From Planctomycetota bacterium (GTDB taxonomy: Bacteria; Planctomycetota; UBA11346), in contig JBBQSO010000025.1 of the NCBI GenBank assembly GCA_038213805.1, positions 1 to 64,000 on the forward strand: a stretch of 64,000 nucleotides of DNA, in the 5' to 3' direction. Below the pieces are notes generated by a model. That model was not told the DNA's origin and did not search any database. It saw nothing but the letters and a program-made list of their open reading frames with translations. Every line of letters begins with the position of its first letter. The first letter of the stretch is position 1. Below are positions 18,216-29,200 of this stretch, piece by piece. A program made the translations under genes and the position numbers.

Positions 18216-20465
18216 TCAGGGCGTCAGCACCACGTACAGCGCATCCACCGGCATGGTCACGGTGAACTTCCCGCCCGCCTGCGCAGCCGTCACCGCCACT
18301 GCCGTCGGGAACCCCGCCGGATCGAGGGCGACCGCCTTGGTCAGCCCCGCATTCGTCAGCACCACGCGGACATCGCCCTTCACCACCTGCCATGGCTTGT
18401 GGCCGACGTTGACGATCTGCTCCGTGCCACCGCCCGTCTCCTTGGTGTCCCAGCCGGTCGGGCGCGAGATGGTGCCCAGCTGCACCAGTACCTTCTTCGA
18501 CGATTTCAGCGGCTGGTCGTCCAGCGCCACGACGTTGACGGTCGCGTAGCGGTTGCCGCTGGTGATGGTGAGATCCGTGAGGGTGAAGGTGCCGCCCGCA
18601 TCCTTGAGGAAGCCGCACACGCCCTTGCTGCGCGCGGTGTCGACCACGCACACGCCGCGGCCGTAATCCATCGCGATCTCGCCGGTGATGCTGGTCACGG
18701 TCTTTTTCGCCGTATCGATGTGCTTGGCGAGTTCGGGCGAGATCACGGTCTTCGCGGCGTCCGCGCCGTAGTCGACCTCGACCGGGCCGACCAGGAACGC
18801 GAGGGGGTCGACGCCGCCGGTGAGCTTGGCCTTCTCGGCCTGGGCCTGCGCTTCACCGCCCTCGCGGCGGTTGGGGTCGAACTCCACGGCCTCGGCGATG
18901 ATCGGGTACTCGCGCTTCCACATGCTCGCCAGCGAGCGCGCCTCGTGCACCACCGGCTTGCCCTGGGCGACGTCGCCGCGGCGGAAGGCCAGGGCGTTGG
19001 CCGGGAAGGCGCCCATCAGCGCGGGAATCGAGCAGCTCCACTTGGTGATCGGGTTCTGGTTCTGGATGTGCAGCCAGGGCAGGCCGAGGGCGAGGCCATC
19101 GTCGTAGGTGGCGCTGCTCTGGGCGAACCAGAAGAAGCAGTCGACGCCGGTCAGGGCCTGGTAGGCGGCCATCAGGAAGGGGCCCTCGGTCTGGTAGCGG
19201 TTGGGGTTCACCCACGACGACTCGGTGATCATCATCGCGTGGCCGGCGACCTGTTTGAGGTTGGTCGGCAGGCTGCGCAGATCGCGCACGCCGGTCTCAT
19301 TGGTGAAGGTGTGGCCGGGATCGATGCGCCAGCCGTTGTTGTCCCCGTCGTGCTTGCCGCCGTAGTATTTATTGACCGCGATGACCTCGTCCGCGGTGTA
19401 GGTCCAGCGCTCGACGTCGCCGAGGCGGATGGCGTCGGCGGTCTGCCAGTTGCTGGCGTTGATCAGCTGCTTGCAGCCCAGCGAGCGGTAGTGCTCGTGG
19501 ATGTCGTGGTAATAATCATGCTGGGTGTGCGCCAGGAATTCGACCTGGTCAGCCGCGCGGTTGGCCTTGCCGGCCGGCGCCTGGTTTACCGCCCAGGTCG
19601 GCATCAGCCCGACCACGCCGCCCGGCAGGTCGTCGCCCGCGGCGCCTTCGCCACCCCACGCCGCCTTGGCCTTGTCGAGGTCGCCGTACTTCTTCTTGAG
19701 CCAGGTGGCGAATTGCGCACCGAGCAGCTTCATCTGCGCTGGCTTGATGCCCTGGAAGGTCCAGAAGAAGACGCTGTCCTCATTCTGCGTCTGGATCACC
19801 GCGACCGCGGGATCATCGGCGAGACGGATGCCGGTGTACGGGTTCTTCTCGCTGTAGAGCTTGGTCAGCCACGCCTTGATGGCGGTGCGGAACGTCGGGT
19901 TGAAATACTGTACGCCCCAGCTGTCGGCGTCGCCGTTGTAGCCTTCGATGCCGTGCGCGGCCTGCAGCTTCATGCGCCAGAATGGTGAGATCACGCTATA
20001 GATGCCCTGCTTCTTCAGCGCGGCGACCTCGCGCCAGATGCGGTCGATCTCCTTCACGTCGGGCTCGACGAGCGGGCTCTTGGCGTCCTTGGGCGAGAGG
20101 TCGCAGTGCAGGCGCGCGAGATTGACGCCCATCTTGGCGAGGAAGCGCGCCGAGGTGTCGAACTCCTCGGGCTTCTCGTAGTCGAACTTGGCGTTGATCG
20201 CCCAGAAGCGCAGCGGCTTGCCGGCGCCGTCGAGGAAGCCGCCGCCGGGCGACATGGTGACCACGCCCTTTTCGCCGGCGACCTTCTCATTCAGCGAGCG
20301 CAGGTCGAGCAGGGCGCCTTCGCGCACGCCGTCAGCTGGATATTGGAAGGCCCAGGTCTGGTCGCCTCCGTAGACGTACCCGTCTTCCGCCGCATGGACG
20401 GCAGTCGGGGCCGCGAACGCGGTGGCGAGGAGGGCGATCTGGGCGCAGCGCGCGGGGAAGGGCAT
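18216..20465 (-). CDS. secreted GH5-like (clan GH-A) glycoside hydrolase
   Basis: Signal peptide; 'LAKMGVNLARLH', 'NPYTGIRLADDPAVAVIQTQNED' (acid/base NE) and 'MMITES' (putative nucleophile). Confidence 0.75.
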   Translation of the reverse strand: MPFPARCAQIALLATAFAAPTAVHAAEDGYVYGGDQTWAFQYPADGVREGALLDLRSLNEKVAGEKGVVTMSPGGGFLDGAGKPLRFWAINAKFDYEKPEEFDTSARFLAKMGVNLARLHCDLSPKDAKSPLVEPDVKEIDRIWREVAALKKQGIYSVISPFWRMKLQAAHGIEGYNGDADSWGVQYFNPTFRTAIKAWLTKLYSEKNPYTGIRLADDPAVAVIQTQNEDSVFFWTFQGIKPAQMKLLGAQFATWLKKKYGDLDKAKAAWGGEGAAGDDLPGGVVGLMPTWAVNQAPAGKANRAADQVEFLAHTQHDYYHDIHEHYRSLGCKQLINASNWQTADAIRLGDVERWTYTADEVIAVNKYYGGKHDGDNNGWRIDPGHTFTNETGVRDLRSLPTNLKQVAGHAMMITESSWVNPNRYQTEGPFLMAAYQALTGVDCFFWFAQSSATYDDGLALGLPWLHIQNQNPITKWSCSIPALMGAFPANALAFRRGDVAQGKPVVHEARSLASMWKREYPIIAEAVEFDPNRREGGEAQAQAEKAKLTGGVDPLAFLVGPVEVDYGADAAKTVISPELAKHIDTAKKTVTSITGEIAMDYGRGVCVVDTARSKGVCGFLKDAGGTFTLTDLTITSGNRYATVNVVALDDQPLKSSKKVLVQLGTISRPTGWDTKETGGGTEQIVNVGHKPWQVVKGDVRVVLTNAGLTKAVALDPAGFPTAVAVTAAQAGGKFTVTMPVDALYVVLTP

Positions 20466-20586
20466 GGCGACTCCGGGTGGTCAGTATACCGCAGGCGATA
20501 CCCGTGGGGCAGGGAGGCGTTGCGCTGTGGCAAACCACCCACAGTTTGCCTGCAAATCCGTCCCTACGCAGCAGTTCGGGAGTGCC

Positions 20587-20602
20587 GTGAAATCGATTTC
20601 AC
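20587..20602. promoter_or_regulatory. LacI/GalR-type operator-like perfect palindrome
   Basis: GTGAAATCGATTTCAC matches TGWAANCGNTTWCA, ~120 bp upstream of the GH5-like start. Confidence 0.55.
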
Positions 20603-21103
20603 GCTCTCGCCCAGCGGCCATGCGCCACGTCATCGGATTATTTTCCGCAGGTGACGCGCAGCTTGTCGCCGGCATGGAGTCGTCCTTCCGCCTGAAGCGG
20701 GCGACAGCGCGCGTTCGCGTTGCACGGGGACTTGGCAAGGGCCTTGTTTTCAAGGTATATACCTCCCGGCCACCGTCGAAGATGCTGATATCGTGTAGCG
20801 TCCAGTCCCATGTCCGCACGCGGCCACGCGCCGTCGTCTTCGGAGGGTCCATGCGCTGCGCGCCCCGCTGGCAGACCATGGTGGCGAGGCCGGGCGCAGG
20901 CAACACCGGCATGTGGTGTGCGCCGCCCACTCCCCCTTGGCCGTTGGTACGATGAACATCGCCCGTGGATCAACTCCTGCGTGGTCTGGGTTCGTGCGCG
21001 TCCCCGCGCTGGACCGCCCGTTGTCGATGGGGCATGCGGGATCGTTGTTGTGGTATCAAATGCGCGGCCGCGTCGATGCACTTCCATGGTGCGGGTGATA
21101 CCG

Positions 21104-24100
21104 ATGCCGCCATTATCTGACGGAATTCCGGAAACCACCGCATTGGCGCAGGCTACGACGCGCCGTTTCCGCTCTCCAACGCCTTGGTATCGCAGGCTGC
21201 TGCTGGTGGCGCTCGCTACCCTGACCGGCGGTGCGCTGTTGACGTGGTCCTATGTGGCGGATGCGGCCAGGGACATGCGCGAGGAATTCCTTCGCCAGAC
21301 GCAATTGACCGCCGAGGGGGCGAATCCCCAGGAGGTCGCCGCCCTGATTGGCACTGCTGGCGATCAGTCCGCACCCATCCATGAGATTGTCACGTCGCAG
21401 CTGAGGGCGGTCCGCAGAGCGCTTCCCAGCAATCGCGGTGTCTATGTCCTTGGCCGAAAGCCGAATGGTCAGCTCGTTTCCAGCGCCGAAAGCGGACCAT
21501 CCGGCGCTCCCGACGGTTCGGGTGCCGGACTGGTCCTGAGCGAAACTTTGCCAGTAGCGCAGCGCGTGTTTGCGGAGCGCACCCCCGCCTCCACCGGTCC
21601 CTACACGGATGGTTGGGGAACGTGGATCAGCGTCGTCGTTCCCATCAACGATCCGTTGACGGCCAGGATCGGTTTGGCGACTCCCCAGGATGCAGAGGCC
21701 CTGGTGCACAAGGCCGTGGAGTACTATCGGCAGCATGGCCGCGCGCCCTTCCTGCAGGAAGCCAACGACCGCAACGGCGCATTCATGCAAGGCGACCTCT
21801 ATGCGTATGCCTACGATCTCCAACTCAACTCCGTCGCTCATCCCGCGCAACCGGAGATGGTGGGAAAGAACTTCCTGAACGTCCCCGATCGACCAGGCGG
21901 AAAGTTTTTCCGTCAAGAGATGCAGACCATCGCCTTGACCAAAGGCAGGGGTTGGGTGGATTACGAAAAGAAGAATCCTCTGACCAAGGTCCTCGAAGCG
22001 AAGACCACCTATTTCGAGTTGACCGATGACCTGATCATTTGTGCGGGTGCGTACAAGGGCTCGGGAAAGATCATCGCCGCGCTCGGCATCGACTTCGATG
22101 CCCGCGATTGGAACATGCGCCTGGTCAGCGCCGCGGCGCCGCCGGTGATCTTCACCGTGATGCTCACGATCATCCTGGTGCTGGGCCCGTTCCTGCTCGG
22201 GCGGCTGTCCAGGAGCGGGGCGGCCGCACCGCAGTGGCAGTGGCACATCGAGACCGCATTGGTCGTTGCGGCAGGGCTTTCCATCACCGCTTTCGCCGTG
22301 TGGGTGGCGCATCGGTCCGAGGTTGAACAGCGCAGTTCGCGGTTCGCGCAATTGGCGTCAGGTCTGACCGACCGGGCGGCAAAGAGGCTGAATCGACTGC
22401 GCGACGTCGAGTTGGAGAGCCTGGCGGGCTTCATGGAGCACGAAGCGGCCCTCACCCCGCAGCAATTCCGCAGACTGACCACCTATTTGACCGCCAATCC
22501 CGCGGTCAGGTCGTGGGAGTGGATACCCTCAGTGGCGCTCGGGGACAAGGAGGCTTTCACGAGTGCGGCGCGCGGCATGGGCATGACCGACTTCGCCATC
22601 TGGGAACAGGACGCCCACGGTCTGCGGGCCGCCGTGGGCGGTCGTGATGTCTACGGCCCGATCCTGAATATCGCCCCCCTGGTCGGCAATGAAGCGACCC
22701 TGGGCTACGACCTGCGTTCCGATCAGCGGCACCAGCCTGCTCTCGATCTCGCGGCGCACATCGATCTCGCGATTGCGACCGATCCCGTGATGATCGTCGA
22801 GGAGAACGCCAAGGCCAGCGAACTGGTGGTCTACAAGCGCGTTTTTGTCGACAACGCAGCGCGACCTCTCCAGGGTCATGTCGCGGCCGTGCTGCGCTTG
22901 CAGTCCATGCTCAATTTTTCCTCTGAACGACCGGTAGCGCAGCTGCAATTATCCCTGCTGCGCCCGGATGCACCGGCCCAGGTGCTGGCGAGTTCGGACA
23001 AGAACCCTGCGCTGGCGGATGGCAGCATGAACCACACGCGCCCGCTCTTCGTCTTTGGGAAGACGATGGCGGTGACCGCCACTCCAAGTCCGCAATTCAT
23101 GAAGGAAAACGCGATTTTCACCAGTTGGGTGGTGGGCTTGATAGGCGGCCTGCTCACCATCGCTGTTTGGCAGCGGCGCGCTGCCGAGAGGACGCTGCGT
23201 GTCGCGCACGCGGAGGCCGAACTGCTGCTCTCGAGCATCTCCGTGGTGCTCATCGGGTTGCGCAGCGACGACACCATTTCGCAATGGAACGCGTCCGCCG
23301 AACAGATCTTCGGTGCGCCCGCGCGCAAGGTCATCGGCGGCACGCTCGCGGGTAGCGGATTGGCGGTTTCCTTGGACGTGGTCACGGGAGCCATCGCCCA
23401 ATGCCGCGCAGACCGTCGCCCGCGGGAACTTCTGGACGTCCCCTACCAGGACGCGAATGGCCGGACCGGGTACCTCACCATCGCCATCGTTGCAAACTTC
23501 GCGGCAGGCGCTTCCGCGAAAGCGGCTTCGGAGATCCTTCTGATCGGCATCGAATCGACCGCGCGCAAGGTCCTTGAGATGCAGCGCAACCAGGGCCAGA
23601 AGCTGGAATCAATCGGCCAGCTAGCCGCCGGCATCGCGCACGAGATCAACACGCCGATCCAATTCATCGGTGACAATCTGCGTTTCCTCCGCGATTCCTT
23701 TGCTGGCCTCGACGCGGCGTTCGGGTTCCAGCAGCGCGCTCTGGAGGACGGCGCTGCATCGTCGCACGATGCAGCGGCACTGACCGCTGCGGCTGCAGAT
23801 GCCTGGCGCAAGGCTGACCTGCCGTACCTCTGTGCGGAGATCCCACGGGCCACCCAGCAATCCATTGAAGGCATCGAGCGCATCGCCGCCATCGTGCGTG
23901 CGATGAAGGAGTTTTCGCACCCAGGCCAGGAGGGTGCCCAGCCGACCGACCTCAACCATGCCATTGAGACCACCCTGCAGGTGGCGCGCAATGAATACAA
24001 GTATGTGGCTGATGTCATCACCGACCTCGACCCGGACCTGCCGCAGGTCACCTCCTTCCTTGGCGAGCTCAACCAGGTCTTCCTCAATCTGATCGTCAAC

Positions 24101-24415
24101 GCAGCACATGCCATCCGCGCTGCACACGGGGATGGCGTCAAGGGCACGCTGTCCATCTCGACCCGTAAGGCGGGCGAGTTCGTGGAGTTGCGCTTTCGCG
24201 ACGATGGAACGGGCATTCCGGAGAGCGCGCGCAAGAAGATCTTCGACCCATTCTTCACGACCAAGCCGGTCGGTCAGGGCACGGGACAGGGCCTCTACCT
24301 CGCGCACGCGATCGTCGTGCAGCGGCACGGCGGCACGATCTCCTTCGAGACCGAGATCGGCAAAGGGACGACGTTCATCATCCGCCTGCCGCTACACCGG
24401 TCCGGGCCCACGTGA
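21104..24415 (+). CDS. membrane sensor histidine kinase (Cache/PDC + sCache_2 + CHASE + PAS + HisKA + HATPase_c)
   Basis: 4 TM; H-box 'LAAGIAHEINTPIQF'; N-box 'NQVFLNLIVNAAHA'; 'DDGTGI', 'DPFFTTKPVGQGTGQGL'; CHASE-like 'ATLGYDLRSD'. Start uncertain (21086 or 21104). Confidence 0.92.
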   Translation: MPPLSDGIPETTALAQATTRRFRSPTPWYRRLLLVALATLTGGALLTWSYVADAARDMREEFLRQTQLTAEGANPQEVAALIGTAGDQSAPIHEIVTSQLRAVRRALPSNRGVYVLGRKPNGQLVSSAESGPSGAPDGSGAGLVLSETLPVAQRVFAERTPASTGPYTDGWGTWISVVVPINDPLTARIGLATPQDAEALVHKAVEYYRQHGRAPFLQEANDRNGAFMQGDLYAYAYDLQLNSVAHPAQPEMVGKNFLNVPDRPGGKFFRQEMQTIALTKGRGWVDYEKKNPLTKVLEAKTTYFELTDDLIICAGAYKGSGKIIAALGIDFDARDWNMRLVSAAAPPVIFTVMLTIILVLGPFLLGRLSRSGAAAPQWQWHIETALVVAAGLSITAFAVWVAHRSEVEQRSSRFAQLASGLTDRAAKRLNRLRDVELESLAGFMEHEAALTPQQFRRLTTYLTANPAVRSWEWIPSVALGDKEAFTSAARGMGMTDFAIWEQDAHGLRAAVGGRDVYGPILNIAPLVGNEATLGYDLRSDQRHQPALDLAAHIDLAIATDPVMIVEENAKASELVVYKRVFVDNAARPLQGHVAAVLRLQSMLNFSSERPVAQLQLSLLRPDAPAQVLASSDKNPALADGSMNHTRPLFVFGKTMAVTATPSPQFMKENAIFTSWVVGLIGGLLTIAVWQRRAAERTLRVAHAEAELLLSSISVVLIGLRSDDTISQWNASAEQIFGAPARKVIGGTLAGSGLAVSLDVVTGAIAQCRADRRPRELLDVPYQDANGRTGYLTIAIVANFAAGASAKAASEILLIGIESTARKVLEMQRNQGQKLESIGQLAAGIAHEINTPIQFIGDNLRFLRDSFAGLDAAFGFQQRALEDGAASSHDAAALTAAAADAWRKADLPYLCAEIPRATQQSIEGIERIAAIVRAMKEFSHPGQEGAQPTDLNHAIETTLQVARNEYKYVADVITDLDPDLPQVTSFLGELNQVFLNLIVNAAHAIRAAHGDGVKGTLSISTRKAGEFVELRFRDDGTGIPESARKKIFDPFFTTKPVGQGTGQGLYLAHAIVVQRHGGTISFETEIGKGTTFIIRLPLHRSGPT

Positions 24416-24442
24416 TGTGCACGCACGTTTGTCGTCGCACCG

Positions 24443-25096
24443 TCACTTGGCCAGCGCGCCGCCGACGGCCGCGAACAGGCTGACGTCGCCCTCAGCCTGC
24501 ACCTGGACGCTGATGGTGGCGAGCAGGCGCGTCGCGGTCGAGCGCGGGGTGATGTCGACCAGGTAGCGAGCACCCGCCTCGACCGGACGCACCGCGACGG
24601 TGAAGCTGGGATCGGAGCTGCGTGCCCCGGTCACCACGCCATGACACTGGACTGCGACCGTGCGCGTCGTCGGCGCCTCGCCCAGCGCCCACACCAGGAT
24701 GGTCTGGTCCAGCACCGTGCCGGGCGGCAGCGTCACGCGCAGGTGCAAGGGGATGACGCGGCCAGAGGCGAGGTGGACGCTCAGCAGCACCGCGTGCTCG
24801 CCACCCAGGCCGCGCGGAGCGAAGACCACGTCCAGGGAACCGGTCTGCCCGGGCGCGCACGGCTCCTCCGGCGGCGCGGCGCTCGCGCAGTCGCAAGAAC
24901 TTTCGACCGCGGTGATGGCCACCGCGGCAGAGCCGTCGTTGCGGAAAGGGAAGGTCGCGTGCAATGGCGCGCGCGTCGATGCGGCGTTGATCGCGACGGT
25001 GTCAGCGGTGAAAACCAGACGTTCCTCCGCACCCAGGCGCGCGGCAGCGGACGTGCAGGCGATGCAGGCCGCCAGGAAAACGGCGACGGCGCGCAT
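24443..25096 (-). CDS. DUF1573 (Ig-like) exported protein
   Basis: 'FPFRNDGSAAVAITAVESSCDCASA...PGQTGSLDVVF' signature; signal peptide. Confidence 0.8.
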   Translation of the reverse strand: MRAVAVFLAACIACTSAAARLGAEERLVFTADTVAINAASTRAPLHATFPFRNDGSAAVAITAVESSCDCASAAPPEEPCAPGQTGSLDVVFAPRGLGGEHAVLLSVHLASGRVIPLHLRVTLPPGTVLDQTILVWALGEAPTTRTVAVQCHGVVTGARSSDPSFTVAVRPVEAGARYLVDITPRSTATRLLATISVQVQAEGDVSLFAAVGGALAK

Positions 25097-25181
25097 CGGC
25101 AACCGACGCGCGCCGTTCCTGATCCGAAACGTGGCGGCCACCGGGTCCATCACTGGCCCACCCGGTGCACCGCCGCGCGGT

Positions 25182-25994
25182 TCACTTGCCGTAACCGGCC
25201 GCCGGCTTGCCATCGTCGCCGAGGTGCCCGGTGGCCCACAGCGCACCACGCGCGACCAGGTCCAGGTAGCGGGCGTCGGCCACGGTCTCGTTGTTGTGGC
25301 CGATGGTGGTGCTGAACACGCGCGTCTTCTTGTCGCCGTACTCGTGCGTCCACACGACCACGGTCTCGACCGCCTTCTGCTCGCTCATCTGCTTGCCCTT
25401 CGCCAGGGTGTGGGCGCCGAGGATCTGCACGTTGTTGTAGAGCTCCTCGTTGATGGTCGTCCAGTTCTCGAGGCCCTTGACGATCGGGCTGGTGGCGTCG
25501 GCGAAGGTGATGGCGATGGGCAGCTGCGCGCCGTGACCGGTCGACTGCATGCCCATGTACTCGTACCAGGCGGCGTTGGGCGCGCCGGCCGTCACCGGCT
25601 TGCCGAAGTCGCCGAAGCGGTAGCAGTGCATGGCGCAGTGCAGGTTGACCGCCGGGATGCCGTCCTGGTGCGGCTTGAGCACGCCAGCGATGACCACGGG
25701 GTCGCTGATGTCGGCGGCGCACTCGTCGTGGATGACCAAGTCGTAGCCCTTGGCGTAGTCGGGATGGCCGTAGATGGGCAGCGGCGGCTTGGTGCCGTGG
25801 TCGTCGACGTGCACCTGGGTGATGACCAGGTTGGCGCGCTGCTCAAGGCCGAGCTTGAGGATGTCCTTCTGGTGGGCGTAGTCGTGGCAGCAGCCGCCGG
25901 TCAACAGCAGCACCTTGAGCGGCGCGGTGTCGGCGGCCGAGGCCGCGGTCCAGGTGGAGGCGGCGAGGAGCAGGACGGTCAGCGATCGGGACAT
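25182..25994 (-). CDS. ThuA domain secreted protein
   Basis: 'LKVLLLTGGCCHDY', 'LHCAMH', 'EELYN' and 'RVFSTTIGHNNET' motifs. Confidence 0.88.
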   Translation of the reverse strand: MSRSLTVLLLAASTWTAASAADTAPLKVLLLTGGCCHDYAHQKDILKLGLEQRANLVITQVHVDDHGTKPPLPIYGHPDYAKGYDLVIHDECAADISDPVVIAGVLKPHQDGIPAVNLHCAMHCYRFGDFGKPVTAGAPNAAWYEYMGMQSTGHGAQLPIAITFADATSPIVKGLENWTTINEELYNNVQILGAHTLAKGKQMSEQKAVETVVVWTHEYGDKKTRVFSTTIGHNNETVADARYLDLVARGALWATGHLGDDGKPAAGYGK

Positions 25995-26243
25995 GGGGGT
26001 TCTCGGGGGTGGTTTGCGGGGAGGGAGGAGGGGTCGCGCGCTGCTGGTTTAGGTCGCCGCTAGTGCACTTCTACCACTTGCGGCCGCCCGACGTTGAGGC
26101 CGGGTGATGATGGTGTGCGGATCATGCGGCACGGGCACACGACCGCAAAGAATAGACCGCGCGCCATTCCGGAACGTTGCAGGGAATCTACACGGGCGCC
26201 CACCCGCAGCGCCGGCATCGGAACATGGTGGGGCGTGCGACCT

Positions 26244-29200
26244 TTATTTGCCCTCTTTGTGGTGCTTCGGCTTCTCGCCCGGCGCCTCCGCGGGGGGCGC
26301 TCCCGCGAAGAGCTGCGTCTTGGGGATGATCTCGCGATCCTGGCGCGCGCACTGCCACATCAGCTTCATCGCCGCCGACGCGCCACCCTGGTAGTACTCG
26401 AGTTTGAGGTCGTAGCGCCTGCCGGCTTCCAGCGCGATGGTGCCGGTGCTTTCGGTCGGCGCCTGGTCGCGCCAGGCGTCGACCACCAGCTTGCCGTCGA
26501 TCCACAGGCGCGCGCCGTCATCGGACAGCGTGGTGAAGGTCCAGGTGTCGGTGAACAGCGGCATGACCTGGCCGCTCCAGCGCGCGCTCCAGTTGGACGC
26601 AGGCACCGCGGGGTCGGGCTGCTCGCCGTCGCCCCACTCGAAATCGACGGTCTCGTCGTTGCGCGTGGTGAGCAGCTCCTTGAATTCGTGCCCGCTGAAG
26701 AACTCCGCCTTGAGGCCGCTGCCGACGCCGCTGGCCAGCAGGTGGAAGCGGGTGCGCGCACCGGAGCGCAGCGGCGTGCCGGCGACGTTCTTCACGTTGG
26801 TCACCGTCAGCGTGTACTCGGTGTCCGGCGCCAGCGGCGAGAGCGTCAGCGCCACGCTGCGCCGCTCCTTGCCGATGAGCGCCGCCTTGGCCACGGTCAC
26901 GCCGTGGTCGACGGCGTAGCTGGCTGGATCCTCGGCGCCCGCGGGATCGAGCGGCCCTGAGAAATCCACAGTCACCGCCGTCGGATTGCCGGCGCTGGCG
27001 GCGACCAGGCTCGGCGGCAGGCGCACGCTCAATCCTTCGAGCGGCTTGCCATTGAGGTCGGCGATGCGCGCGGTCAGCAGCGGTGCGCCGCCCTCGCCGC
27101 CGCTGAGCTTGATGAGGATCTCGTTGGCGCCCTTGAGCAGCTTGCACGGCAGTACGAAGGTATCGCGCTGCAGGGTTCCATCGGCGGCGAGCAGCGCGCC
27201 GACGCGCTTGCCGTTGATCCACACCAGCGCCTGCCCGCGCACGCCCAGGTAGAGCGCCGCTTCGGCCGAGGCTGATGCCTCGAGGCGGGTGTAGGCGTAG
27301 GCGACCGCGCCGCGGCGGTGTTCGTGGTCGCGCAGCCGCGCGGTGACGTTGAGCGCGTTGACATCGGCGCGCGCGTCCCTCCAGGTGACCTCGCTGCCGC
27401 GCAGGGTCGGATAGCGCGCATCGAGATCGATCGGCCCGCGCTCCGGCGGCAGCGCCTCCTGCAGTGGCTGCGCGCCCTTGGGGGCGTCGAAGAGACCGAC
27501 CACCTTCCACTCGGCGAGCGGCGCAGCGAGCTCGGCATAGAACTGGCGTCGCGGCTCGCGGCCGAGTTTGACCTCGTCCATGAGCGCCTCGCAGCGGGCG
27601 AGCGCGGCCCCGCGCTTGGGTGGCGCCTTGCGGTTGTCGTTCCAGCCCTCGATCAGGAAGCGCACCGTGGTCAGCACGCGCGCCGCCTGCTGGTTGGCAG
27701 GGTCGGACTTGAGGAAGTCGGCGTACATGGCGATGATGTGCTCGAGGCGCTGGTCCTCGGGCTGGCCGTTGAACTGGCCCTCGGCCTCGCGCAGCAGCTG
27801 CAGCGCCTCCTCGGTCTCGGGGATCAGCTTGGCCGCCTCCAGGTCCTTCTGCAGCCGCTCCGCGGGCGCGGCCGGCGGCGGGGTCTTGGCGCGCAGGTCG
27901 ATCTGGATGCCGCCGTTGCCCAGGCGGTGTTCGCTCTCGGCGGCCTGGAGGCCCATGCCGTGGCTGCGCTTGCCGTCCTGCGCCGGTTGGTCGGTCCAGG
28001 TCACGCCGCCGCCCCAGTTGGCGCCTTTGGGCAGGTCGCCGTCCATGATCACCTGGACCTTGCCGTCTTCGATGAACTCGGTCCGGCCCCAGGCGACGTT
28101 GCCGCCGTACGAGGCGAAGCCGATGCTGTCGATGAGATGGCCGTCCAGGCGCATGGCGCCGACCGGCACGATCAGCGCCACCCACTCGCCGGACTTCGGC
28201 AGGGGGCCGCGCGGCCAGCGCTGCACGCTGCCGGGCTCGCCCCACGGCAGCAGGTCCTGGCCCCACAGCGCGCGGCGCCAGTCCTCGGTGGTTGAACGCA
28301 CTTCGACCATCAGCTCGTCGGCCGGATGGGCGGGATCGATGCGCACCCACTGGCGGATGGCGCGGCCCTGGTTGCCGCTCGCCGCGCCCGGGCCGACCGC
28401 GTCGCCGGCGAGGCGCGCGGCGACGCCGGCCTTGAGCGCGAAGCGCGCGGCCTGCTCGCCGGGCTCGGCCGAGCCGCCGCTGCGGTAGAGCCGCTCAAGC
28501 CCGGCGATGGCGGTGGCGGTGTGCACACCGGCGGGGTTGGCGACGATGTAGCCTTCGATCTCACCGACGCGCCCGGGCAGGCCGGCCGGACCGATGTGGG
28601 TGGCGGCGATGCGTTCGACGAAGCGCCACGCGAATTCGTGGGTCGGCATCAGCGCGATGAACTTGCGATAGCCGGCGATGCGCTCGGGGGTGAGGTCGAC
28701 GAACTGGATGCGCGCCATGCGGTTCGCGGCGATGCCGCGCATCAGGCCGTAGCCCCACTCGAGCGCCGCCTTCGGCTTGCCCCCATCCCAGTCCACCACC
28801 GCCACGCCCAGCCCCATCGCCAGCCGGTAGCCCGGCCGCTCGCCGGGATTGGCGCGCAGCGCGGCCCACGGGATGGCCAGTTCGTAGGTGCAGCCACCGG
28901 CCTTGCGCACGGCGCGCGCCGTGACGCGGTCCTCATCGCCCTTGCCCGCCTCGTCGGCGGCGTCGGGCAGCGGCAGGGGCGCGCCGGAGAGCTGGGTGAC
29001 GCGCGTGCGCCCGTCGGAGAGCGACAGCGCCAACACCAGCGGCGCCTGCTCGCCCGCGTTGCTGCCCTGCGGATCGATGCCGACCACCACGCTGTCGCCG
29101 TCGAGCGGGCTGCCGCCCGGCGCGGGCGGTTCGTGGCGGTCGTCGCCGGTCTCGACTGCGAGGTAGACGAAGCGCCGGTCCCAAGCCACGCGTGCCTTGC

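Noticed and set aside
20481..21138. Minus-strand ORFs between the GH5-like and kinase genes; GGCAAAC as a c-di-GMP riboswitch
   Set aside because: The ORFs have no motifs and overlap likely promoter DNA. The remaining riboswitch consensus elements are absent.
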